From Actinomycetota bacterium (GTDB lineage: Bacteria; Actinomycetota; Acidimicrobiia; IMCC26256; JAENVU01): a DNA stretch of 64,000 nucleotides. The stretch is taken from contig VGBT01000004.1 of NCBI GenBank assembly GCA_016870395.1, positions 64,013-128,012 on the forward strand. Reading direction: 5' to 3'. The stretch's first letter is position 1. Each line of letters starts with the position of its first letter. The translations under genes were made by a program, and so were the position numbers. Positions 8,875 to 17,503 of the stretch are shown here, piece after piece. The notes under the pieces are model-generated. The model worked only from the letters and a program-made list of their open reading frames with translations, was not told where the DNA came from and did not search any database.

Positions 8875-9534
8875 TCAGGGGGTGAGGGCCTTGAAGGTCT
8901 GGCGGAGGTGATCCTCGAGGAAGGCCACCGCTCCGTCGACGTCGCCGGCCAGCGCACGGTCGCGCAGGGTCCGGTGCTCCGCGATCACGTCGTAATGCCC
9001 TCCCGGCGCGCCGACCGCGAGCACCTGGTACCGCTGCGAGTGCTCGGCCAGCGAGTCGACCAGCTCGAGCAGGCGTGCGTTCGGACAGCGCGACAGCAAC
9101 GCGGCGTGAAACGCCCGGTGCGCCGCGATCGAAGCCGCCAGGTCACCGGCGCGCAGCGCCCGCTCGTACGTCGCGTGCGTCGCGCCGATCGCGTCGCGCA
9201 TCGCGGCGTCGGCGCGCTCGAGCGACGCGCGCAGCCCCTCGGGCTCCAGCAGGATGCGCAGCTCGTAGACGTCGCGGGCGTCCTGCACCGACGCCGGCGT
9301 CACCCACGCGCCGCGCTGCGGCCGCAGCTCCACCAGGCCCTCCCCGGCAAGCCGTCCGAACGCCTCGCGCAGCGGCGTGGCGCTCACCGCCCAGCGCGCC
9401 GCGAGCTCCTTCGCGACCAGCCGCGTTCCCGGGGCCAGCTCGCCGGAGAGGATCGCCTGGCGCAGGCGGGCGTCCACGAAGTCGGTTCGGGTCCCCGGCG
9501 CTGCGACCGGCGCGGGTGCGGCAGTTGACGACAT
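8875..9534 (-). CDS. GntR family transcriptional regulator (FadR/FCD type)
   Basis: N-terminal winged-helix segment LVAKELAARWAVSATPLREAFGRLAGEGLVE, followed by a helical FCD-like C-terminal domain. Confidence 0.9.
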   Translation of the reverse strand: MSSTAAPAPVAAPGTRTDFVDARLRQAILSGELAPGTRLVAKELAARWAVSATPLREAFGRLAGEGLVELRPQRGAWVTPASVQDARDVYELRILLEPEGLRASLERADAAMRDAIGATHATYERALRAGDLAASIAAHRAFHAALLSRCPNARLLELVDSLAEHSQRYQVLAVGAPGGHYDVIAEHRTLRDRALAGDVDGAVAFLEDHLRQTFKALTP

Positions 9535-9543
9535 AGTTCATAG

Positions 9544-9549
9544 ATTATA
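9544..9549 (-). promoter_or_regulatory. Candidate -10 hexamer TATAAT for the GntR gene (near-leaderless transcript)
   Basis: The minus strand reads gaaatcTATAATctatgaactATG, with 9 nt between the hexamer and the ATG at 9534. It sits in the only AT-rich stretch of the divergent GntR/FAH intergenic region. Confidence 0.4.
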
Positions 9550-9572
9550 GATTTCTCCCCGGAGGAGCACGC

Positions 9573-10436
9573 ATGCGACTTGCCCGCTTCAGCCACGAGG
9601 GCCGGGACCACACCGGGGCCCTGCTCGGAGACGAGGTCGCCGACCTCGGCGACGCCGATCCGATCGGGTTGCTCGCCCGGGGATCCGACGCCATCCGCGC
9701 CGCGGCGCAGGCCGCGCCCCGCCGCCTCGCCCTCGCCCAGGTGCGGCTCCGGGCCCCGATCCCCCGGCCGCCCAAGCTCCTCGCGATCGGCCTCAACTAC
9801 GCCGACCACTGCACCGAGGCCGGCATGCCCGAGCCCGACTTCCCCGTCTTCTTCAACAAGCAGACCACCTGCGTGACCGGACCCGGCGACCCGATCCACG
9901 TCCCGCGAGTCTCGACGCTGGTCGACTACGAAGCCGAGCTGGCGATCGTGATCGGACGCCGCTGCCGCCACGTGCCCGCGGCGCGTGCCGGCGAGGTGAT
10001 CGCGGGCTACATGGCGATCAATGACGTCACGGTGCGCGACTGGCAGCTGCGCGCCCCTACGATGACGCTCGGCAAGAGCTTCGACACCCACGGCCCGACC
10101 GGCCCGTGGGTCGTGACCGCCGACGAGATCCCCGATCCCCAGGACCTGCGCTTGCGAGCCTGGGTCAACGGCGTGTGCATGCAGGACGCGAGCACCTCGG
10201 GGATGATCTTCGACTGCGCCGCGCAGATCGAGACGCTGTCCACCGCGTTCACGCTCGAGCCCGGCGACGTGATCGCTACCGGCACCCCCGCCGGGGTCGG
10301 GATGCTGCGCCGGCCCCCGGTGTGGCTCGCGCCGGGCGACACCGTGACGATCAGGGTCGACGGCATCGGAGCGATCGAGAACCCCGTGATCGCCGAGCCC
10401 GACGACACGCAGTGCATCCAGGAGCCCCCGAGATGA
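9573..10436 (+). CDS. Fumarylacetoacetate hydrolase (FAH) family protein
   Basis: Blocks IGLNYADH, DYEAELAIVIG, GTPAGVG. A GGAGGA Shine-Dalgarno precedes the ATG. Confidence 0.9.
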   Translation: MRLARFSHEGRDHTGALLGDEVADLGDADPIGLLARGSDAIRAAAQAAPRRLALAQVRLRAPIPRPPKLLAIGLNYADHCTEAGMPEPDFPVFFNKQTTCVTGPGDPIHVPRVSTLVDYEAELAIVIGRRCRHVPAARAGEVIAGYMAINDVTVRDWQLRAPTMTLGKSFDTHGPTGPWVVTADEIPDPQDLRLRAWVNGVCMQDASTSGMIFDCAAQIETLSTAFTLEPGDVIATGTPAGVGMLRRPPVWLAPGDTVTIRVDGIGAIENPVIAEPDDTQCIQEPPR

Positions 10437-10855
10437 CCGAGCCCCTCCCGGCCAACGTCCGAGCCTTCGTCGAGGCCCAACCCGTCGGGATCCTCGCGAC
10501 CACGCGGCCCGACGGGTCGATCCGCCAGTCGCTCGTGTACCACGTGCTCGACGGCGACCGGATCGAGATCTCCACGCTGGGGAGCCGCGCGAAGGCGCGC
10601 GACGTCGCGCGCATCGGGCGGGCCTCGTACTGCGTGCCCGCACACGAGCGACCGTTCGCGTCGGTCACGCTCGAGGGACCGGCCCGGATCGTCACCGAGG
10701 GCGCCGGCGCGATCACCACCGCCCTCTTCGGCAAGATCTTCGGGACGCCGCCGGACCCACCGCTCACCGACGAGGCCGTGGCGGCCATGGACCGGGTGAT
10801 CCTCGAGCTCACCGTCGCGCGCGCCTACGGCGCGTCCTACCTCCCGGAGGACTGA
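10433..10855 (+). CDS. Pyridoxamine 5'-phosphate oxidase family (PPOX-class, probably F420-dependent) protein
   Basis: MTEPLPANVRAFVEAQPVGILATTRPDGSIRQSLVYHV. ATGA overlap with the FAH stop. Confidence 0.75.
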   Translation: MTEPLPANVRAFVEAQPVGILATTRPDGSIRQSLVYHVLDGDRIEISTLGSRAKARDVARIGRASYCVPAHERPFASVTLEGPARIVTEGAGAITTALFGKIFGTPPDPPLTDEAVAAMDRVILELTVARAYGASYLPED

Positions 10856-10856
10856 C

Positions 10857-11762
10857 GTGGCCCTGCACCGCCTCACCACGATCACGCTCGGCGTCCCCGA
10901 CGTCGCTGCGACCGCCGCGTTCTACCGGGACTTCGGGCTCGTCGAGACCGAGCCGGCGACGTTCGCGACCCGCGACGGCGGTGAGCAGCTCCGGCTCGCG
11001 CCGGCACCCCGGCGCCGGCTGCTCGAGCTCGGCCTCGGCGCGCACGACGCCGACGACCTTGCCCGGATCTCGAGTGCGCTCACGCGGCTGGGCTCTGAGG
11101 CGGTCGCCGGCCCCACAGAGCTGCGGGCCGTCGAGCCGGTCACCGACACCGTCGTGCGGGTCGCCGTCGCACCACCCATCGAGGCGCCCGTCGCCGCGAC
11201 GCCCGCTACCAACCGACCCGGAATCGTCGAACGTCACAACGCCCGGGCCGACGGGATCGAACGCCCGGAGCCCGTACGACCGCGCAAGCTGGGCCACGTC
11301 GTGCTCGGCTCGCCCGACCAGGCCGCCACGCAACGGTTCTTCACCGAGGGCCTGGGCCTCAAGGTCAGCGACGAGATCGCGGGCATCGCGGCGTTCCTGC
11401 GCTGCTCCACCGATCACCACAACCTCCTCGTGCAGGACGCGCCGGTCCCCTACGTCCACCACACGAGCTGGCAGGTCGACGACGTGGACGACGTCGGGCG
11501 CGGCGCGAAGGCGATGCTCGACGCCGACCCGTCCCGGCATGTGTGGGGCCTCGGGCGCCACTACATCGGCTCGAACTTCTTCTGGTATCTGCGCGACCCG
11601 GCGGGCAACTTCGCCGAGTACTACGCCGACATGGACGTCATCGACGACGACGACACATGGGCACCGACCGCGATCGCGGATCTACGTGCGCTCTACGCGT
11701 GGGGTCCGCCCGTGCCGTCGAGCTTCCTCGCGCCCGACGATCTCGCGGAGCTGACGACGTGA
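10857..11762 (+). CDS. VOC/extradiol ring-cleavage dioxygenase family protein
   Basis: Two glyoxalase-like modules: LGVPDVAATAAFYRDFGL and HVVLGSPDQAATQRFFTEGLGL, plus HHTSWQV and FWYLRDPAGNFAEY. Confidence 0.8.
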   Translation: MALHRLTTITLGVPDVAATAAFYRDFGLVETEPATFATRDGGEQLRLAPAPRRRLLELGLGAHDADDLARISSALTRLGSEAVAGPTELRAVEPVTDTVVRVAVAPPIEAPVAATPATNRPGIVERHNARADGIERPEPVRPRKLGHVVLGSPDQAATQRFFTEGLGLKVSDEIAGIAAFLRCSTDHHNLLVQDAPVPYVHHTSWQVDDVDDVGRGAKAMLDADPSRHVWGLGRHYIGSNFFWYLRDPAGNFAEYYADMDVIDDDDTWAPTAIADLRALYAWGPPVPSSFLAPDDLAELTT

Positions 11763-13207
11763 GCGGCGCGAACGACGGCGACGACCTGCTCGACGTCGCG
11801 ATCGTCGGCTGCGGCCCGGTCGGCGTCTCGCTCGCGAACCTTCTCGGCCAACGCGGGCTGAGCGTCCGCGCGTTCGAACGCGAGCGCGACGTCTACCACC
11901 TGCCGCGCGCCGCGCACTTTGACGGCGAGATCATGCGGATCTTCCAGTCGATGGGCTGCGCCGAGGCCGTCGAGCCGCACACGGCACCCATCAAGGGCAT
12001 GCACTTCCACGGCGCGGACGGCGGGTTCCTCTTCGACTACGACGCCCCTGCCGGCGAAGGCCCCGAGGGCTGGGCCGCCGACTACATGTTCTGGCAGCCC
12101 GAGCTCGAGCTGGCGCTGCGGGCACGCACCCGGCAGCACGCTTCGGTCGAGCTCTCGCTCGGTGTCGACGTGATGCGGGTCGAGGATCTGGGCGACCACG
12201 CGGTCGTCCACACCGCCGGCGGCGAGCACCGCGCGTCGTACGTCGTGGGTTGCGACGGCGCCCGCTCGCTCGTGCGCAAGACCATCGGCGCCGACCTGTT
12301 CGACTACGGCTTCGACCAGCCGTGGCTCGTGATCGACGCGATGATGGAGCGCGACGTCGCTCTGCCCGACCACGCGATCCAGTACTGCGACCCGGCCCGC
12401 CCGGCGACGTTCGTCCCCCACGGCGGCCGCCACCGGCGGTGGGAAATCATGGTCCTGCCCGGCGAGGACCCGGCCGAGGTCGAGGCACGGTCCTGGGAGC
12501 TGCTCGAACCCTGGATCCGGCCGGGCGACGCAGAGTTGGTTCGCACCGCGGTGTACCTGTTCCACGCGCTGGTCGCGGACCGATGGCGTTCCGGCCGGCT
12601 GCTCCTGGCCGGCGACAGCGCGCACCAGACTCCGCCGTTCCTCGGACAGGGCATGTGCGCCGGGATCCGCGACGCCGCCAACCTCGCCTGGAAGCTCGAG
12701 CTCCTTCTGCGAGGCGGCGCGCACGGCGCGCTGCTCGACACGTATCAGCCCGAGCGCGAGCCCCACGTCCGCGCGTTCATCGAGGCGGCGATCGCGGCCG
12801 GTTCGATCATTCAGACGCTCGATCCAGACGTGGCGGCCGCACGCGATGCGCACTTCCGTGCGGGTGGCAGCGACGGCAACGGTCCACCGCACCCACTGCT
12901 CGGACCCGGAGTTGCCGACGAACCGTCCGAGCGCATGCCTCAGCCCGACCGTCTCGACGACCGGCTCGGCGACAGCTTCGCTTTCGTCGTCGCCGAGCCG
13001 GCGACCCTCGACGGGATCGACGACGCCACCCGTCGCCGGCTGGACGCGCTGGGCGCTCCGGCTGTCTGCACCCCAGAGCTGGGCGCCTGGCTGGCCGACC
13101 ACGAGGCGATCGCGGCCCTGGTGCGTCCCGACCGGTACGTGTTCGGTTTCGCCCGACGAGCCGAGGACGTGGATACGCTCACCGGCGCGCTCCTCGCGCG
13201 CCTATGA
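11759..13207 (+). CDS. FAD-dependent aromatic hydroxylase (MhpA-like monooxygenase)
   Basis: Motifs DVAIVGCGPVG, GCDGARSLVR and LAGDSAHQTPPFLGQGM. GTGA overlap with the dioxygenase stop. Confidence 0.85.
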   Translation: MSGANDGDDLLDVAIVGCGPVGVSLANLLGQRGLSVRAFERERDVYHLPRAAHFDGEIMRIFQSMGCAEAVEPHTAPIKGMHFHGADGGFLFDYDAPAGEGPEGWAADYMFWQPELELALRARTRQHASVELSLGVDVMRVEDLGDHAVVHTAGGEHRASYVVGCDGARSLVRKTIGADLFDYGFDQPWLVIDAMMERDVALPDHAIQYCDPARPATFVPHGGRHRRWEIMVLPGEDPAEVEARSWELLEPWIRPGDAELVRTAVYLFHALVADRWRSGRLLLAGDSAHQTPPFLGQGMCAGIRDAANLAWKLELLLRGGAHGALLDTYQPEREPHVRAFIEAAIAAGSIIQTLDPDVAAARDAHFRAGGSDGNGPPHPLLGPGVADEPSERMPQPDRLDDRLGDSFAFVVAEPATLDGIDDATRRRLDALGAPAVCTPELGAWLADHEAIAALVRPDRYVFGFARRAEDVDTLTGALLARL

Positions 13208-13575
13208 CCGACGCCCCTCCGCCCGCAGCCGAGCACCCCGACGAGTCCGAGCCCGACGTCCGCTTCACCTATGCGAACGAGCGCACGTTCCTCGCCTGGA
13301 ACCGCACCGCGCTCGCACTCATCGCGACCGGGGTCGCCGCGACCCAGCTCCTTCCGCGCTTCGACGTGACCTGGGGCCGGCGGGTCCTCGGGTTGCCGCT
13401 GATCGTGCTCGGCGCGGTGCTCGCGATCACGAGCTACCGCCATTGGCAGGCGAACGAGCGCGCGATGCGCCGGGGCGAGCCGCTCCCCCGCTCGCCGATC
13501 CCGTTCGTGCTGTCGACCGGGATCGGGATCGTTGCGGTGATCGCCGTCGTCTTCGCGATGTTCGAGGGCGCGTGA
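13204..13575 (+). CDS. DUF202 (YidH-like) membrane protein
   Basis: YANERTFLAWNRTALALIATG motif and 3 predicted TM segments. ATGA overlap with the monooxygenase stop. Confidence 0.75.
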   Translation: MTDAPPPAAEHPDESEPDVRFTYANERTFLAWNRTALALIATGVAATQLLPRFDVTWGRRVLGLPLIVLGAVLAITSYRHWQANERAMRRGEPLPRSPIPFVLSTGIGIVAVIAVVFAMFEGA

Positions 13576-13919
13576 GCGGCGGCGGCAACGAAAGGACGCA
13601 CGACCCCGACGGCGGGCTGGCCGGTGAGCGCACCGACCTCGCGTGGAACCGCACCGGCATCGCTGCGCTGGTGTGCGTCGCCCTGCTCCTGCGCCGGCTC
13701 TGGCCGCTCGAGGGCACTGACGACGTCGTGATCCTCCTCCTCGTCGGGATCGCCCTCGTCGCGTGGGGCCTGGCCCTCGTCGTCGCGCGTCGCGTGTCCC
13801 GCACGACGCACCACGGCCGCGAGGTGATGGACGAGGGCACACTCCGGCTCCTCAGCGCCGGTACGTTCGTGCTGGCCGTCTGCGGATTCCTGCTCGGACT
13901 CCTGCCACCTGCTAACTGA
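13572..13919 (+). CDS. DUF202-like membrane protein
   Basis: GERTDLAWNRTGIAALV motif and hydrophobic helices. GTGA overlap with the preceding gene. Confidence 0.65.
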   Translation: MSGGGNERTHDPDGGLAGERTDLAWNRTGIAALVCVALLLRRLWPLEGTDDVVILLLVGIALVAWGLALVVARRVSRTTHHGREVMDEGTLRLLSAGTFVLAVCGFLLGLLPPAN

Positions 13920-13932
13920 TCGGCAGCACCAC

Positions 13933-15657
13933 TCAGCGCGCACGTTCCAGGTAGACCTCGAACCTCGAGGCCGGATCATCACGTGCCCGCAGGAACCCCT
14001 CGAGCAAATCATCGCGCTCGGCGCCTCGCGGCTGGGCGCGCAAGGAGCGGATCGCCGCTTCGAGGTCGGCCTGCTCCCCTGGCGTGCGTTCACGCTCGAA
14101 CTTCGCGATCAGACGACCGGCGGGCGCCGGCTCGTCCACGTTGTTGCCCCCGATCACGTGCAGGACCGCGCGGTATCTACCTCGCGGCGTTCGCGTCGTA
14201 CCGAACACGACTGGCTGGCCCGGCTGCACCATGACGGGGACTCCGTTCCGCTCCAGCTGGTTGACCAGGCCCGGGATCTCCCACGCCAGGCCCGTGATCC
14301 AAACGGGACCTCGTCCCGCCGGGAGACCGGCAAGGACCTGCGTGATCATCGCCCGCTCGCTCGCCTGATCGAGCGGGTGCGGCGTTCCGGCCCCGAGCGC
14401 GGCCGAGCTGGTCATCACGGAACCCACCAGGAGCACACCCGTGGCGACGAAGGTGATCGGCAACAGAATCCGGCCACGCGTGCCGGCACGGATCGCCGAC
14501 CAGGCACCCATCAGGACGAGCATCCCGAGCGCCGCCCCGAGCGCCCAGGTCCAACGGACGAGATAGGGATACAGCGCCCCGACGATGCCCCTGAGCGCGT
14601 AGAGCGCCGCGAGCAGTGCGACGCCGATGGTCGCGGCCAGCCAGACGACGCGCCGATCGCCCCGCCGATGCGCGACGAACGTCGCCGCTCCGCCGAGGGC
14701 GAGCCCCACCGCGAGCCACCACTGATCATCCATCAGGACTTGGCCCAACCAATCGCTGCCGGGATCGCCGAAGATCCATGCGGGTCGCAACCCCCACTGG
14801 AGCCCCATCACGCGCAGGGCTGCGCCGAGGCCGGCGGTCGCATGCGGCTCGCGGAAGAACCTCCAAATCGCGGCGAGGTTCCCGTCGTGTCGCACCAGGG
14901 TCCCGTAGAGCACGGGCGCCCACAGGACCAACCCGACGGCAGTGCACACCAGGGCGACGCGCGCCAGGCGGCGCCAGTACGCCGACCGCATCGCTACCTC
15001 GACGCGCAGACCTCGAGCCACGACCACCGCCAGGGCAAAGGCACACAGCGTCACCGAGACGATCGCGAAGCCGACGTGGGACTGGATCGTGAAGCTCGCC
15101 ACCACCACGGCCGGTGGCGCCATGGCCAGATCGCCCACGGCCACCGACCACGCCAGCAGGAGGAGGAGCAGCAGCGGCATCACCGGAAGGAGGGGATTCC
15201 ACGGATCGCGGAGAATCTCGATGCCCAGGGCGTGCTCCAGGAGTGCGACCGGGATCAGAACCGCGATGCTAGTCGGGAGCCGGCCACGACGGAACGCGAC
15301 GAACCCGATGCCGACGATCGCAGCCGCGTTGACCGCAAGGGCCCCGACGTGCAGTCCGACTGACTGCGAACCGAAGAGGCGATAGGCGGGATACAGCGCG
15401 TAGAACAGCAGCGGTCCGGGGTGGTTCCAGCCGTATCGCGAGTACGGCCCGACCGTCAGCAGGCGAGACCCCGCGTCCCGCGTGTGGATCTCGAGCAAGG
15501 CCCAGTCGCTCGGCGGACGGTAGCTCGAACCGACGGCGAGAAGGAGCTGCGCAGCCGACACGACGAGCGGCGCGACCAGGAGACCGACCAAGAGCACGCA
15601 CCACCAACGGTCACCGGGAAGGCGGGACTCCTGCTCGTCCTCACCTCGCGGTAGCAC
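13933..15657 (-). CDS. Polytopic integral membrane protein (GT-C-like architecture?)
   Basis: 574-aa ORF with more than 10 hydrophobic segments, followed by a soluble C-terminal region. I recognise no catalytic motif. Confidence 0.6.
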   Translation of the reverse strand: MLPRGEDEQESRLPGDRWWCVLLVGLLVAPLVVSAAQLLLAVGSSYRPPSDWALLEIHTRDAGSRLLTVGPYSRYGWNHPGPLLFYALYPAYRLFGSQSVGLHVGALAVNAAAIVGIGFVAFRRGRLPTSIAVLIPVALLEHALGIEILRDPWNPLLPVMPLLLLLLLAWSVAVGDLAMAPPAVVVASFTIQSHVGFAIVSVTLCAFALAVVVARGLRVEVAMRSAYWRRLARVALVCTAVGLVLWAPVLYGTLVRHDGNLAAIWRFFREPHATAGLGAALRVMGLQWGLRPAWIFGDPGSDWLGQVLMDDQWWLAVGLALGGAATFVAHRRGDRRVVWLAATIGVALLAALYALRGIVGALYPYLVRWTWALGAALGMLVLMGAWSAIRAGTRGRILLPITFVATGVLLVGSVMTSSAALGAGTPHPLDQASERAMITQVLAGLPAGRGPVWITGLAWEIPGLVNQLERNGVPVMVQPGQPVVFGTTRTPRGRYRAVLHVIGGNNVDEPAPAGRLIAKFERERTPGEQADLEAAIRSLRAQPRGAERDDLLEGFLRARDDPASRFEVYLERAR

Positions 15658-15683
15658 GAACCGAGCGTAGTCGAGTCGCTCGC

Positions 15684-15723
15684 GGCCGGTCGTTCATCGC
15701 GGCGCGCGGATCCGCGGCATCAC
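15684..15723. repeat. Decayed duplicate of the 3' end of the LLM gene that ends at 17504 (left direct repeat)
   Basis: The exact 17-mer CGGATCCGCGGCATCAC at 15707-15723 also occurs at 17517-17533. GGCCGGTCG at 15684-15692 also occurs at 17510-17518. The minus strand reads VMPRIRAPR*, versus the genuine C-terminus EVMPRIRPAG*. Confidence 0.6.
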
Positions 15724-15743
15724 GCAAGCCAAAATTCATCGCG

Positions 15744-17493
15744 ATGCCGAGCATCGCCCCGACCCTCGACGCGCCACGCGTGCCGACCCCGCCCGACCAT
15801 TCCCGGCGTCGAGCTCGCGTCACCACCGCAGTCGTGCTCCTTGCACCGCTCGTCGTGCTCGCCGTCGCAGCATGGAGCTACCGGTGGATGTCGGACGACG
15901 GGTTCATCAACCTCCGCATCGTGGACCAGCTCACCTCCGGCCACGGTCCGGTGTTCAACCAGGGGGAGCGCGTCGAGGCCGCCACCAGCCCGCTGTGGAT
16001 CTACGTGCTGACCGCAGCCGACCTCGTCGTGCCGTTGCGGCTCGAGTGGATCGCGGTGCTCGTCGGCATCACGCTCACGGTGGCTGGGACCGCGCTGGCC
16101 ATGCTCGGTGCCGGCCGGCTCATCGAGCGCGACGACCGGACGGTCCTTGTACCGGCCGGAGCGTTGGTGCTCGTGGTCCTGCCGCCCATGTGGAAGTTCG
16201 CGTCGAGCGGGCTCGAGAACGGGCTGACGTTCGCGTGGCTGGGCGCGACCTGCGCGCTCCTCGCCGCGTGGGCCCGATCGGGCCGACCGTTCTGATGGGG
16301 GGCGGCACTCGTGATCGGCCTCGGACCGCTGGTCCGACCGGAGCTGATGCTCTTCAGCGCGGTCTTCCTCGCGGTCGTGCTCGGGGCCCAGTGGCGCACC
16401 GACTCCTGGCGCCGCCGATCCGTCACCCTGGTAGCCGCGCTCGCGCTCCCCGTCGCCTACGAGCTGTTCCGCATCGGCTACTACGCGAGCCTGGTCCCGA
16501 ACTCGGCGTTCGCCAAGGAGGTCGGCCGTCCGTACTGGTCCGCCGGCTGGGACTACCTCCGCACTCCGGTCGTCAGCTACGCGCTCTGGATCCCGATCGT
16601 CGTACTGGCCCTAGCCGCATACTTCCCGATCGTGCGCCGATCGCGGCGCGGTGGGCAGTCGCGGACCGTGCTCGTCCTGGCCGCCTTCGCAAGCGGCGCG
16701 GTCCTCGACGCCGCGTACATCGTCCGGGTCGGCGGCGACTTCATGCAGGCTCGGCTGCTGCTCCCCGCGCTGTTCGCGTTCGTGGCTCCGGTGGCCGTGG
16801 TCGCGCTTCGGCGCGAGATGCTGGGCGTCCTCTTGCTCGCGCCGTGGGCGCTCGTCGTGCTCGTCACGGTGCGGAGCCCGGGGGACGTGCCGCGTTGCGT
16901 TTGTCAACAAACGCAACGCGGTGATTATCGGCGACTTCGGGTTCAACCCGGGGATGCCAGGGCGCGACTGGCTGAACGGGCCCGGCGTCTATTACCTCGA
17001 ACGCCGCCTCGCCGGCGAGCCGCTCGACCACGACCCTGCGGTCGCCGCGTACGGGTTGGGCGTCATCAGCTACGCGCTCGGACCCGACGTCTACGTCCTC
17101 GACCTCCTGGGGTTGGCCGATCCGGTGACGTCCCATCTCCAGCTCGAGCGTCGCGGCACGATCGCCCACGAGAAGCCGCTGCCCACGCCGTGGATCGCCG
17201 CCCGCCTGCTTGCACCCGACGGGCCGGTGGTGGAAGCGGAACTCGGCCGGCCACCCGTGTTCTACGCGCAGCCGCTCGACGACCCGCGTGGCCAGAGGAT
17301 GGAAACACGCGTCGCCGACGCCCGGTCCGCGCTGCGATGCGCGCGTCTGCGCGATTTCATCGCGAGCTACACGGAGCCGATGAGCACCAGGCGCGTGCTG
17401 GAGAACTTCGGCGACGCGTTCCGGTACTACGGGTTCCGCATCCCACCCGAACCACGTACCGCACGCGCCGCCATGTGCGACGAGCGCCCGTAG
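15744..17493 (+). pseudogene. GT-C-type (arabinofuranosyl/glycosyl-transferase-like) membrane protein, disrupted
   Basis: N-terminus WMSDDGFINLRIVDQLTSGHGPVFNQGERVEAATSPLW. An in-frame TGA lies at 16293-16295 (SGRPF*WGAALVIGLGP) and the same frame continues after it. A frameshift occurs at the 16890-16921 palindrome. The C-terminal part, AVIIGDFGFNPG...FRYYGFRIPPEP, is read in the +1 frame. Confidence 0.6.
16890..16921. repeat. AT-rich 14-bp-stem palindrome inside the GT-C-like gene
   Basis: ccgcgttgcgtttg-tcaa-caaacgcaacgcgg. GC content is much lower than the flanks. The reading frame changes across it. Confidence 0.75.
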
Positions 17494-17503
17494 GCCAGTT
17501 CGG

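Noticed and set aside
9531-9572. Direct repeats TCATAGA/TTATAGA in the GntR-FAH intergenic region as a GntR operator
   Set aside because: They are short and AT-rich and overlap the putative -10 box. I cannot separate operator from promoter by eye, so only the -10 candidate is reported.
16293-16295. In-frame TGA (also at 50138-50140) as selenocysteine, or TAG at 33313 as pyrrolysine recoding
   Set aside because: No SECIS-like hairpin follows the TGA codons. The affected families are not selenoproteins. All three stop codons are involved, and the same genes carry frameshifts or deletions. Pseudogenisation or sequencing error is the simpler explanation.
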